From: Acidobacteriota bacterium
GTDB taxonomy: Bacteria; Acidobacteriota; CAIWXX01
NCBI GenBank assembly: GCA_040755995.1
Contig: JBFMAF010000031.1
Span: forward strand, 32,001 to 96,000
Direction of reading: 5' to 3'
DNA: 64,000 nucleotides
Part shown: positions 7,358 through 16,969 of the stretch, one piece after another
Numbering within the stretch: position 1 is the stretch's first letter
Layout of the letters: the number at the start of each line of letters is the position of its first letter
Program-made: the position numbers and the translations under genes
The notes under the pieces: model-generated
The model's database searches: none
Seen by the model: the letters and a program-made list of their open reading frames with translations, nothing else
Told to the model about the DNA's origin: nothing

Positions 7358-9004
7358 ATGCAACGAAGACTGCATCGGTGGTTCTACGCCTTGTCGGTTG
7401 GCCTGGCATGCCTGACGGCGGCGGCCACCGCGGCGCAGGAGCGGCTGTCGTTCGTCTGCGTCGCGTTGGATGTGGAGACGCGACAGGCGGACAAGAAGCT
7501 CCAGGAGTATCTCTACCAGAAGGCAGGCGTGAGCTTCGCGCCGGAGGAGCTCGAGTACGAGCGTGTAGTCGATCGCCTCACGCACTGGCGCGACGAGGAC
7601 GGAGCCTATGTGGCGCGGGTGACGCCGTATGTCTATGTGCTGGCGGAGATGCTGGGCGCCGAGTTCGAGCCTCTGGCGACATACCTCAGCCCCACTACGC
7701 ACGCTAGGACCTATCACGCCTATTTCGTGGTCAATCGCAAGGACTTCGCGGCTCAGCCCTCGCTCGCAGACGTCGTGCGTCTCCTGGGCGAGCGGAAGGA
7801 CCGCGCGAAGTTCATCTACCACAGCCAGTTCAGCACATCGAGCTTCTTCCTGCCGTCGCTATACTTCCGCAGGAACAGGATCTACGAGATGCCTGAGAGT
7901 ACAGAATCGCTCATAGCGATCGCGACTGAGCGGATTCCGGAGAACAGCAGCTCGAAGCTTGTTGAACACGTGGCGCGCGGCGAGGCCGATCTGGCGGCGG
8001 TATGGGACGGATCGAAGACCAAGTTCGATTCGGAGCACGGCGGCGCCTTGTACGAGGAGTTCGGAAAGAAAGTCTACTTCGTACAGCTCCCTACAACTCT
8101 CCCGAACGACCTGCTCCTGTGCTCCTCCTCGCTCGATCAGGCCGCAAAAGCGCGCCTCCGCGAAGCCATCCGGAAGATGAAGCAGGACGAGATCGATATC
8201 GGCGACTTCCTCTGCTGGCAGGTCATCACCGAGGCTACCGATGCCCGCCAGGCCCTGGCGGACCTTCGCTGGCTTGCGCGCGAGCGCATCCCGCCGGTCA
8301 CCGTCGAAATTCGACTGCGTACTTCGAATCCGGATGCCTCGTCCCCATCCCAGCTCACGGATGCCGCGCGGCAGGCCGTGAGGCTCGCGGGCACCGAGTT
8401 CGTCCTCTTCGATCAAGACTTCCACGAGCATATCGACTTCACCTGGACCATCGAGCCAATCCATGATGGGGCCGTCGTACTACACAGCAGCATACCCGGC
8501 TCGGACATCGAGGACCAGGTCTTCCGCATCAGCTTCAGGGACGCAGAGGACCTGACCAGGCGCCTCGTGTCGATCGTGCAATCCAGGCTCCATAGAATCA
8601 GATACGTCTGGTCCCTGAGCACTGGCGCGCCGATCGTAATTCGAGACATGGCGTTCTCGCTTCCGCCCGGCTCCCACGTCAAGGTCCAGAAGATAGCCTG
8701 GCTGGACCCCGAAAAGAACAAGTTCCGCGCCGGGCCCGTGTTCAACGCCAGCATACGCAGCACCGGATACTACAAGTACGAGCTCGACCCCGAGGACTTC
8801 GTTCAACACGGCGAGTCCCTAGTCGGGCTCGATTCCATGAGCAACACGGCATATCGCGTGATCCTGCTCCGGTCGGCGCGGGAGCGACTCGTGTTCCGCG
8901 TGCTGACGGGTGTCTTCTTGGGACTACTTGTTCTCGCGGCTATCGGTCTCGTCTGGGACCTCGCGCGCACACCTAACGGGGGAGAGGTCGAGGAACAGCT
9001 CTAG
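7358..9004 (+). CDS. PhnD/phosphonate-binding-like periplasmic protein with extra C-terminal domain and C-terminal TM anchor
   Basis: Signal peptide (AATA-AQ); TPYVYV, TYHAYFVV, STSSFFLP, GEADLAAVW, LPNDLL PhnD-type motifs; TM LVFRVLTGVFLGLLVLAAIGLVW. Confidence 0.75.
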   Translation: MQRRLHRWFYALSVGLACLTAAATAAQERLSFVCVALDVETRQADKKLQEYLYQKAGVSFAPEELEYERVVDRLTHWRDEDGAYVARVTPYVYVLAEMLGAEFEPLATYLSPTTHARTYHAYFVVNRKDFAAQPSLADVVRLLGERKDRAKFIYHSQFSTSSFFLPSLYFRRNRIYEMPESTESLIAIATERIPENSSSKLVEHVARGEADLAAVWDGSKTKFDSEHGGALYEEFGKKVYFVQLPTTLPNDLLLCSSSLDQAAKARLREAIRKMKQDEIDIGDFLCWQVITEATDARQALADLRWLARERIPPVTVEIRLRTSNPDASSPSQLTDAARQAVRLAGTEFVLFDQDFHEHIDFTWTIEPIHDGAVVLHSSIPGSDIEDQVFRISFRDAEDLTRRLVSIVQSRLHRIRYVWSLSTGAPIVIRDMAFSLPPGSHVKVQKIAWLDPEKNKFRAGPVFNASIRSTGYYKYELDPEDFVQHGESLVGLDSMSNTAYRVILLRSARERLVFRVLTGVFLGLLVLAAIGLVWDLARTPNGGEVEEQL

Positions 9005-9044
9005 ATAGCTCTCGTGACAACAGGCAGCGTGGGGCGTTGGATGA

Positions 9045-9142
9045 GGAGAAACGGAGAAACGGCGAAACGGGGAAACGGAGAGTGGCGACTGCGGGCGCCG
9101 CTCGGATCGCCGCTTCTCCGATTCCCCCCTTCTCCGTTTCGG
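9045..9142. repeat. 8-nt-period intergenic repeat arms in inverted orientation (REP-like)
   Basis: GAGAAACG GAGAAACG GCGAAACG GGGAAACG ... TTCTCCGATTCCCCCTTCTCCGTTTC. Confidence 0.6.
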
Positions 9143-9178
9143 CTGCCAGACACGACAGCCAGCCGGACGTGAGATCCG

Positions 9179-10885
9179 ATGAACGAGCAAGAGCAACTCA
9201 CTCGCAAGCTCGCGCCCAGCAAGATGATCGGCCACTATGCCGTCATCGACCAGCTCGGTCGCGGCGGAATGGGCGAGGTCTTCGTCGCAAGAGACACCAA
9301 GCTCGACCGCAAGGTCGCTCTGAAGGTGCTTGCGCACGAGGTGACGGCGGATGCCGAACGGCTGCAGCGGTTCCAGCGCGAGGCCAAGATGCTTGCGGCG
9401 CTCAACCACCCGAACATCGTCACGATCTTCTCGGTGGAGGAGGCCGAGGAGCTTCATCTGCTGGTGATGGAGCTGGTCGAGGGCAAGACACTACGGCAGG
9501 TTATCCCGAGAGGCGGGTTGCCGCTGGCCAAGTTCTTCGACATCGCCTTGCCGCTCGCCGAGGCCCTCAGCGCCGCGCACGAGCGCGGCATCACGCACAG
9601 GGACCTCAAGCCGGAAAACGTAATGGTCACGGACTCCGGCCGCGTGAAGGTGCTCGACTTCGGCCTGGCCAAGGTCTCCCACGGCCACGCCTATTCGGAA
9701 TCCACTCACGAGAGCTCCACCAAGGCAGTCACACAGCTGGGGGTGATCCTGGGCACAGTGCCCTATATGTCGCCCGAACAGGCGCAGGGCAAGCCGGTCG
9801 ATCACCGGTCCGACATCTTCTCGCTCGGCATCGTGCTATACGAGATGCTCGCAGGCGAGAGGCCGTTCAAGGGCGAGACCGTCTCCGACCTGATCGCCTC
9901 GATCCTGCGCGATACGCCCGGATCGGTCAGCAGCCTCCGCACCGGCGTGCCGCGGGAACTGGGAAGGATCGTCCGCCACTGCCTGGAGAAGAATCCGCAA
10001 GACCGCATTCAGTCCGCGCTCGACCTGCACATCCAGCTGAAGGGCCTCTGGAAGGATCTCGAGCTGGAGCGCGCGATCACAAGCGGCAAGCGCCGCTACT
10101 CGACCACCCGGCGAAGGCCTCTTATCCCGGTCAACCTCTTCGGCTGGCTCGTCAATACACGATGGGGCCTGACTGCGCTCCTCGCCGGCGTCCTGGCGTT
10201 CAATTACCTGGAGACCTCGACCGAGACGGCGCTCAAGGCAAGCTACGGCTGGGGAATGGACCTCGGTTATCACCTCGCGCGAAGCGCCCACTGGTTCGAA
10301 TGGATGTTCAGCTTCGATCGGCACGACGTGACCAACACACTGGCCGTCTATGGCTACTCGATCTCGTACTTCATGCTCTTTCCGGTTCTCGTGATCCTCG
10401 TCGGTCTCGCGCTTGCGCGCCGCGAGGACCTGGCGCCGTATCGCGTTTTCGCGATCGCAATCAGCCTAACGTACGCTGTCAGCCTGCCGTTCTTTCTCCT
10501 GTTCCCGGTGCCCGAACGATGGTCATTCCCCGACGCCGAAGCAGTGCTGCTCTCGGATCTGTGGACATCCAAGCTGATCGAGATGTTTCGGCCGATCAGC
10601 GGACTGGACAACTGCTTCCCGAGCTTCCACGTCGCGACAACCGTTGACATGGTCCTCGCCTCATACCTCTTCCGGCTCCGCACCCGCTCGACCGTCCTGA
10701 TCCTCGGCCTGACCATCATCCTCTCGACCTTTGTCCTCGGCATCCACTGGCTGGTGGACATCGTTGCCGGCGTAGCGACGGGCGTTATCAGCATTGCCAT
10801 CGCGATGCGCGCCGACCGGTCGCTCGAACGGCCGATCGGCAGTGCCGGCAGCGGTGCACTCGCAGAATCACAGCAGTCCGCGTAG
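9179..10885 (+). CDS. Hanks-type Ser/Thr kinase fused to a PAP2 (AUR1/IPC-synthase-like) membrane domain
   Basis: Kinase: GRGGMGEV, VALK, HRDLKPEN, DFG, YMSPE, DIFSLG. C-terminus: about 6 TM with LFPVPERW, NCFPSFH and STFVLGIHWLVDIVAG. Confidence 0.9.
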   Translation: MNEQEQLTRKLAPSKMIGHYAVIDQLGRGGMGEVFVARDTKLDRKVALKVLAHEVTADAERLQRFQREAKMLAALNHPNIVTIFSVEEAEELHLLVMELVEGKTLRQVIPRGGLPLAKFFDIALPLAEALSAAHERGITHRDLKPENVMVTDSGRVKVLDFGLAKVSHGHAYSESTHESSTKAVTQLGVILGTVPYMSPEQAQGKPVDHRSDIFSLGIVLYEMLAGERPFKGETVSDLIASILRDTPGSVSSLRTGVPRELGRIVRHCLEKNPQDRIQSALDLHIQLKGLWKDLELERAITSGKRRYSTTRRRPLIPVNLFGWLVNTRWGLTALLAGVLAFNYLETSTETALKASYGWGMDLGYHLARSAHWFEWMFSFDRHDVTNTLAVYGYSISYFMLFPVLVILVGLALARREDLAPYRVFAIAISLTYAVSLPFFLLFPVPERWSFPDAEAVLLSDLWTSKLIEMFRPISGLDNCFPSFHVATTVDMVLASYLFRLRTRSTVLILGLTIILSTFVLGIHWLVDIVAGVATGVISIAIAMRADRSLERPIGSAGSGALAESQQSA

Positions 10886-10980
10886 AAAGCGCGGCCCACC
10901 ATAGGGCGCGCCGGATGCCCAACTGGGCGAATGGCGCTGTGATATACTACGCCTTCACTCTGGACTGGGAGAGAAAGACG

Positions 10981-12105
10981 ATGCGATCGATACCACTGTT
11001 GGACCTGCGCGCACAGTACGAGACGATCAAGGCTGATGTCGACATAGCGATTCAGCGATCAATTGACAAGACGGCGTTCATCGGCGGAGAAGAACACGAG
11101 GGTTTCGAGAAGGAGTTTGCCGGGTACCTCGGGTGCCGAGCCTGCGCGGGCGTGGCCAACGGGACGGATGCGCTGGTATTGGCGCTGCGCGCGCTGGGGG
11201 TCGGGCCCGGCGACATTGTCCTCACCACCCCTTTCACGTTCATCGCGACGGTCGAGGCAATCACGCTGAATGGCGCCGTGCCGGTCTTCGCCGATATCGA
11301 TATCGGCAGCTTCAACGTCTCGCCCGAGTGCGTCCGGCTGGCGATCGAATCGATGCGACCGGAGGACAGGAAGAGGCTCAAGGTCATCCTGCCGGTACAC
11401 CTGTACGGCCTGCCGGGGGCGGTCCACGAGCTGTGTGCGATCGCAGAAGAATTCGGGGCGAAGGTGCTCGAGGACTGCGCGCAGGCGCACGGGGCGGCGG
11501 TGGCCGGAAAGCGCGTTGGCAACTTCGGCATCGCGGGCACGTTTTCGTTCTATCCCGCGAAGAACCTGGGCGCGTACGGCGACGCGGGCGCCATCGTTTC
11601 GAACGACCATCCGTTCATTGATCACGTGAAGTCGCTGCGGAATCACGGGCGGACCGACAGGTACGCACACGCAATCGAAGGCGTGAACAGCCGGCTTGAC
11701 GGCATACAGGCCGCGGTGCTCCGCGTGAAGCTCCGCAGGCTCGATTCATGGAATGCGGCGCGGCGCCGGTTTGCCGCGCTCTACAACGAGCTGCTGGCGC
11801 CATGCGCGCGTATCGCAGTGCCTCAGGTTTCAGAGGGGGCCGTGGTACATCTCTACACGATCCGGCACCCGGAGCGCGATCGGCTCCGCGAGCACCTCGG
11901 CAAGCAAGGCATCGCCGCGGCCGTGCACTACCCGGCCCCGTTGCATCTGCAGCCGGCCTACGCCCGGCTTGGGCTTGGTGAGGGAACGTATCCTGAATCC
12001 GAACGCGCCTCACGCGAGGTCCTTTCGCTGCCGATCTACCCGGAGATGGGTGAGGAGGCCGTGCGGCACGTGGCCTCGAAGATACTCGAATTCGAACGCG
12101 TGTAG
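10981..12105 (+). CDS. DegT/DnrJ/EryC1/StrS sugar aminotransferase
   Basis: IPLLDL, NGTDAL, EDCAQAHGA, SFYPAKNLGAYGDAG. Confidence 0.95.
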   Translation: MRSIPLLDLRAQYETIKADVDIAIQRSIDKTAFIGGEEHEGFEKEFAGYLGCRACAGVANGTDALVLALRALGVGPGDIVLTTPFTFIATVEAITLNGAVPVFADIDIGSFNVSPECVRLAIESMRPEDRKRLKVILPVHLYGLPGAVHELCAIAEEFGAKVLEDCAQAHGAAVAGKRVGNFGIAGTFSFYPAKNLGAYGDAGAIVSNDHPFIDHVKSLRNHGRTDRYAHAIEGVNSRLDGIQAAVLRVKLRRLDSWNAARRRFAALYNELLAPCARIAVPQVSEGAVVHLYTIRHPERDRLREHLGKQGIAAAVHYPAPLHLQPAYARLGLGEGTYPESERASREVLSLPIYPEMGEEAVRHVASKILEFERV

Positions 12106-12110
12106 ACTGG

Positions 12111-12812
12111 CTACATGGCCGGCGTGTGCGGGCTGTCCTGTGGCGACCCGGCACCTGGAGGCTCATGGGTAGCCATCGAGCCCAGAGCCCATCCGAGCAG
12201 GCCGACAAGCGCGAGGTAGACGGCGGCGAGCACGGTGTATGACCACGCGCGACCGGGCAGGCCGGGCTTGCCTGATGCCACTTGCACGGCGAGATTGCGC
12301 AGGCCGGCCGCGACACCCAGGCCGGCTGACTTCGGCGGCACGAAGCCGCGGTAGTGCGGTATGAAGGCGAGCTCGGTGCCGTCGTGCGTAGTGCCCACGG
12401 CCAGAACAGGTGCACCTGCTGCTTCAGGGGCGTCGAGATAGAACCGGATCGGCGATCCCGGCAGGTTCTTCTTGGGCTTGAAAGCGCACGGGTAGTAGCC
12501 TGGCAGCCGGATGGCGCCCGCGTCGATCGTCAGCCTGTCGCGGTCAGCTGAAGCCGAGGGCGATTCGCGGTAGTGAAAGACGATGAGATTCTTGCTGGGA
12601 GGCTGGACGGGCGTCAGGTATAGATCGATGCGAAAGAGGCCGGTGCGCTCTGGAGTGAAGGTGCAATCGACGGTGGAGGGCCCGACGACTCTCGTGACCC
12701 TGCGATCCGGTGTCGGCACCGGCTGGACCTGGCGCGAAGCGAGGAGAATAGCTGCGGCGACGATTGAGAGGAGGAGTGTCGCACAGAGACCGCGGAACCG
12801 GACGCGTTTCAT
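12111..12812 (-). CDS. Hypothetical membrane protein (N- and C-terminal TM)
   Basis: 233-aa ORF, 3 bp downstream of the preceding minus-strand gene. Confidence 0.65.
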   Translation of the reverse strand: MKRVRFRGLCATLLLSIVAAAILLASRQVQPVPTPDRRVTRVVGPSTVDCTFTPERTGLFRIDLYLTPVQPPSKNLIVFHYRESPSASADRDRLTIDAGAIRLPGYYPCAFKPKKNLPGSPIRFYLDAPEAAGAPVLAVGTTHDGTELAFIPHYRGFVPPKSAGLGVAAGLRNLAVQVASGKPGLPGRAWSYTVLAAVYLALVGLLGWALGSMATHEPPGAGSPQDSPHTPAM

Positions 12813-12815
12813 TGC

Positions 12816-14192
12816 TTAGTTGAAAGGCGTCAAGTAGAAGAAGGGAATCGCCGTGTTGAAGAGGCTGAAGGCGTCGAGTGCGACGAGCCCCGCTGTGAAG
12901 AACAGCAGCGCCGCGCGTTCGAATCGCTGAGGGAAGAGCGTGAGCCAACCGCCTGCGGCGACGATCGCCAGAGCTGAGATCGCGACGAAGAGAAACCGGC
13001 CCTGGCGCAGCACGTTGCCAGTGGTGGAGGAGACAAACAGGCCAAGGAGGAACAGGATGGGCAACGCGGCGGTCAGGCTCACGATCCTGGCCGTGGCCCT
13101 GTCGGCGGCTGCGGTGTTTCGAACACACACAAACCAGCCGGCGATCAGGAGCAGCGTGAGGACGAAGAGGATCAAGTAGAGCGCGCTGGGCAGTGTGAGC
13201 GACAGCCAGCTGAAGTACATCCAGAAGCTCATGAACAGCGTCTTGCACGCCACGGAGAACCCCGCGAGGGCCTTCTCCAGGCGCTCGCCCGAAATGACCA
13301 GCATCACGCGTTGCCTCCATTCCTGGTTGAACAGAGTCACGGCCCATCCCTTGAGATAGGCGAGGAGCTGCTGAGACAAGAGCACAGTCAACAGCACACC
13401 CAGGGCGCAGATCGACACGCCAAGGGCCAGCCGCCAAGGCCGTACGCGCCGGTCCAGGATCTTCTTGCGGAGCGCTCCGGCGAGAACGATGAGCGGGACG
13501 GGGAGTACCGCGAAGGCGGTTGCCTTCGTGATGCACGCTGCGCCGCAGCACAGGAGCAGCAGCGTGACGCGCCAGGCCGTGAAGCCTTGTCGCATGCCCT
13601 TGAGGGTGAGGTAGAGGGCCGAGGTCGTGAGTAGCTCGGCCAGGTTACCGTCGTAGAGCGAGGCAGTGGTCACTCCGCGCTGAGGCAGGAAGAGCACAAA
13701 CAGAGCAGCGCCCCAGGCAACGAGCGGTCGCGCTGGGAACGCCTGCCTGGCGATTGCGAACGTGAGGAGCACCACCGCCATCCCGATCACAACCGAGATC
13801 GCGCGCATGGCGTAGAGTTGGATGACGATGGGCTTGTCGATCCAGGGAGCCACTGCGACGGCGTACAGTACATAGGCGAGCGAGAATCGACCGGTGGTGC
13901 GTCCTACACCGAATTGCGGCAGATTCTCGAAGCGCCCGGGAAGCGGTGCCGGGGGCTGGCGATAGAGGAAGCTCCACGTGCGGTAGGTGAACAGCGAGTG
14001 GATGAGCTCGCGATCGAGGAGAGGTGAACTGTCGGCGAGGCTCGTCGGGCGCCGGTACTCCGCCAGTAGTCGTTGCGCCTCGAAATGCGCTGGTTCGTCA
14101 GGACCCTGCCAGGGCGGGATGATCGCCAGGTACAGGGCGCCGCGCACCAGGGCCAGGGCGGCCAGCAGCCAAAGGACCGGCGCTGCCCGCAC
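12816..14192 (-). CDS. DUF2142/GT-C-like membrane glycosyltransferase
   Basis: PPWQGPDEPAH first-loop DE motif, more than 10 TM, QGRFLF. Confidence 0.8.
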   Translation of the reverse strand: MRAAPVLWLLAALALVRGALYLAIIPPWQGPDEPAHFEAQRLLAEYRRPTSLADSSPLLDRELIHSLFTYRTWSFLYRQPPAPLPGRFENLPQFGVGRTTGRFSLAYVLYAVAVAPWIDKPIVIQLYAMRAISVVIGMAVVLLTFAIARQAFPARPLVAWGAALFVLFLPQRGVTTASLYDGNLAELLTTSALYLTLKGMRQGFTAWRVTLLLLCCGAACITKATAFAVLPVPLIVLAGALRKKILDRRVRPWRLALGVSICALGVLLTVLLSQQLLAYLKGWAVTLFNQEWRQRVMLVISGERLEKALAGFSVACKTLFMSFWMYFSWLSLTLPSALYLILFVLTLLLIAGWFVCVRNTAAADRATARIVSLTAALPILFLLGLFVSSTTGNVLRQGRFLFVAISALAIVAAGGWLTLFPQRFERAALLFFTAGLVALDAFSLFNTAIPFFYLTPFN

Positions 14193-14315
14193 CGAGGTGG
14201 AGCTGGAGGTGCTCGGTTCAGTGCTTCCGGCCGGCGACTTTCACGTCCTTCCTACGAGGACACAACAGTGTTGGCGCGAAAGCCCCGAAGGCCGAGGAGG
14301 GTCTGACCCAGCCTG

Positions 14316-16850
14316 CTACTCCCCCCAACCGCCCCCGCCGGCGCTGGGTTTCTTCTTCGAGAGGCTCTTCTTCGCGGTGATCGTTTGTGAGTTGCCCTCG
14401 CCACCCGCCGCATCCACGAGATAGACTGTCATCTCGAACGACTTGTACCGAGTGCTGTACTTCTTGAAGCGATTCTCCCATTCGATCGTTCCGGTGGTCG
14501 TGCCGGTAATGGACTTCACCTTGGCGGGTATCGCGACCGACTGCCGGTATGTTCTTCCGTTGGACTTGTACTTGTAGGAAACCCTTATGCGACCTCCAGA
14601 CAGGTCGCCGTTGGCATCGGAGTAGTCCAGAGAGAACGTGGCACGGCTCGACTTGATCGAGGACTTCTGCGCGAGATTCGAAATGGCCGGGGCATCATCG
14701 GCGGCCCCTTCCTTGAAGACCGCCGTCACCGACTTGTTCGCATCCATCGTGACGTTGATCGGATTGGTCGATCCCGTCACACTCCCCGTCCAGTAGTCGA
14801 ACGAATAGCCGTCGGCGGAGGTGGCCCGCACGCTCACAACGCTGCCCGCCGCGTAAACACCGTAGTTGGGTGTCACGGTGCCGGTACCCGCCGGCGAGAT
14901 GTTGGTGCTGAGCGTGTATGTGGTGCCGCCACCGCCGTACGTGAAGTCGGCGTAGATGACCTTGTTCGAGTCGATCGTGATGTTGATCGGATTCGCGTTG
15001 CCTGCGCTCGTACCGTTGACGTTCCACGCGGTGAACGAGTAGTTGGCAGCCGGTGTTGCTGTGAACGCGATGACACTTCCAGCAGCGTACCAGAGCGCGC
15101 CGGTCGGAGCCACTGTACCGCCGTTCGTCGGATTCGCGGAGGTGGCGACCGAGTACGCCAGGTCAAAGGCGGCTGTGAGCGTGACGCTCCCGGCAGGCAT
15201 TGAATAGGTATACGCCCGATTCGTGCTCAACACTTGACCACCCGCGTCCCTCCAGCTGTTGAAGATGTAGCCGGTGTTGGCGGTGGCGACCAGTGCGAGC
15301 TGCGAACCTGGAGCAGCCTGCGTGGAGGTAGCCGACTTGCCGTTGATCGTGGTGGACCCGCCGCCTGCTGGGGCCAAGGTGATGGTCAGCGTAGGCCAAG
15401 AGGTGTTGTAGAAATTGGCCACGACGTTCTTCGCGCGGTCCATCGTGATTGTCTTCGGGTTCTCGGTGCCGGACGCGTCACCGCTCCAGCCTGTGAACTG
15501 CCAGTCGGTGCTCGCCGGTGTTGCGGTGATCTGCACGTTCTCGCCCATGTCATACACAGACTTGTCCGGGTTCTTCGTCACGACACCGCCTTCGGTCGGG
15601 GAGGCCGATGCGATCAGCGTATTGGAGTTCGTCGCAGTGGCGCCCCATACATCTTCGTAGCTTAGGCGCCACTGGATGAAGTAGTTGTCCGCGCCGCGCG
15701 CGGCCACGTGCACCTGGTCGCCTCCGATCGACTGTACGATGACGGACGTCCCGTCAAGCACACCGGTGCTGCTGCAGGTGGCGGCCTTCAGGTTCCACTG
15801 GCCGCCGGCCGGGGCTTCGTACCAGCCCAGGACATAGCGCCCCCCGTCCCACCAGAGGTCGCCGGAGTGGACGTCGAAGGCCGATGCCAGAACCTTGCGG
15901 TCGATGAGGCCCGAGGGTCCCAGTCTGGCGAAGTACAACTTACCCGATGACACGAGATCCGACCACTGCCAAGCGGCGCCGAATTCGTTGTTCGTGGAAT
16001 TGAAGTTGATGTGAGGGATGAGGTTGAGGGTGGACTCGCTCACCTGCACGGGACCTGTCTGGATGGTCAGGTCCGACTTCTTGATATAGACATAGTGGAT
16101 ATAGCGGTTGCTGCTGTATGTGTAGGCGATCCCGTACCCATTGGCGTCGGCCGCGATAGTAGGGCCGCTTGCATTGGGGCCCCCGAACTGTGGGAGCTGC
16201 CAGAGCGCTGCCTCCCATTCCGGCATCGTCTGGATTGGTGCGGCCATCCAACCGAGGACGTTGCCGGCGTTGTCCATCGTGAGGAGGCGCAGGTCCCAGT
16301 TGGCCACGCCGGGCTGATAGTACCCGAACACCACTGCGTAGCGGTCGTATGCGCTGTCCCAGACGATATCGGGTCCGTCCGGCCGATAGGGGAAGGAGTT
16401 GGAGATGACGACGGGACTCGATTTCTCTCCGGTCTTCTTGACCCATGCGAACTCCAAAACGCTCGTCGTCCCGGTCGCATCGTACCTGACCCAGACCACG
16501 CCGAACTTGCCGCGATTCGCGTCGAATGCGACGCGCGGGTTCCCCTGGATGCCGCCGGCGTCGTTGCTGACCTGGTAGATTCCGATGGGCGCCCCGGGGT
16601 TGTTCGCATCCACGAACACAACCTTGATCCGGCTAGGGCCCGAATCCGTGTCGATTATCGTGATCGCGTAGACGCCGTCGGCGTAGATCATCGAATGTGA
16701 ATGTAGGCCGTGTGATGAGCCCAATGCCTTGTCGACGACCTTGTATGGCGTTCCCACGGTGAGGGCTTGCAGGGGCGCCGGCGTCAACGATGCCACCGCA
16801 AGGATCAACCCGAACGTCACAAGTGACAAGAACACCGCCTGCTGCTTCAT
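14316..16850 (-). CDS. Secreted surface protein: beta-rich N-terminal domain, four InlB B-repeat-like domains, basic C-terminal domain
   Basis: Signal peptide from MKQQAV (16850); four repeats of type P..GG.V...Y..G..V..TA.P...Y.F..W.G...NP..ITMD.NK.V.A.F. Confidence 0.85.
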   Translation of the reverse strand: MKQQAVFLSLVTFGLILAVASLTPAPLQALTVGTPYKVVDKALGSSHGLHSHSMIYADGVYAITIIDTDSGPSRIKVVFVDANNPGAPIGIYQVSNDAGGIQGNPRVAFDANRGKFGVVWVRYDATGTTSVLEFAWVKKTGEKSSPVVISNSFPYRPDGPDIVWDSAYDRYAVVFGYYQPGVANWDLRLLTMDNAGNVLGWMAAPIQTMPEWEAALWQLPQFGGPNASGPTIAADANGYGIAYTYSSNRYIHYVYIKKSDLTIQTGPVQVSESTLNLIPHINFNSTNNEFGAAWQWSDLVSSGKLYFARLGPSGLIDRKVLASAFDVHSGDLWWDGGRYVLGWYEAPAGGQWNLKAATCSSTGVLDGTSVIVQSIGGDQVHVAARGADNYFIQWRLSYEDVWGATATNSNTLIASASPTEGGVVTKNPDKSVYDMGENVQITATPASTDWQFTGWSGDASGTENPKTITMDRAKNVVANFYNTSWPTLTITLAPAGGGSTTINGKSATSTQAAPGSQLALVATANTGYIFNSWRDAGGQVLSTNRAYTYSMPAGSVTLTAAFDLAYSVATSANPTNGGTVAPTGALWYAAGSVIAFTATPAANYSFTAWNVNGTSAGNANPINITIDSNKVIYADFTYGGGGTTYTLSTNISPAGTGTVTPNYGVYAAGSVVSVRATSADGYSFDYWTGSVTGSTNPINVTMDANKSVTAVFKEGAADDAPAISNLAQKSSIKSSRATFSLDYSDANGDLSGGRIRVSYKYKSNGRTYRQSVAIPAKVKSITGTTTGTIEWENRFKKYSTRYKSFEMTVYLVDAAGGEGNSQTITAKKSLSKKKPSAGGGGWGE

Positions 16851-16969
16851 CTCACCGTACCTCCTCGAAGAGATCCGGCGCGAAAAATACCACAAACGTC
16901 GACAAAAGTCAAAAGAATCGCGGCCGATGTCGAGGCCTGCTGCGAACACAGCGCCGCTGGGGGGCGGCA

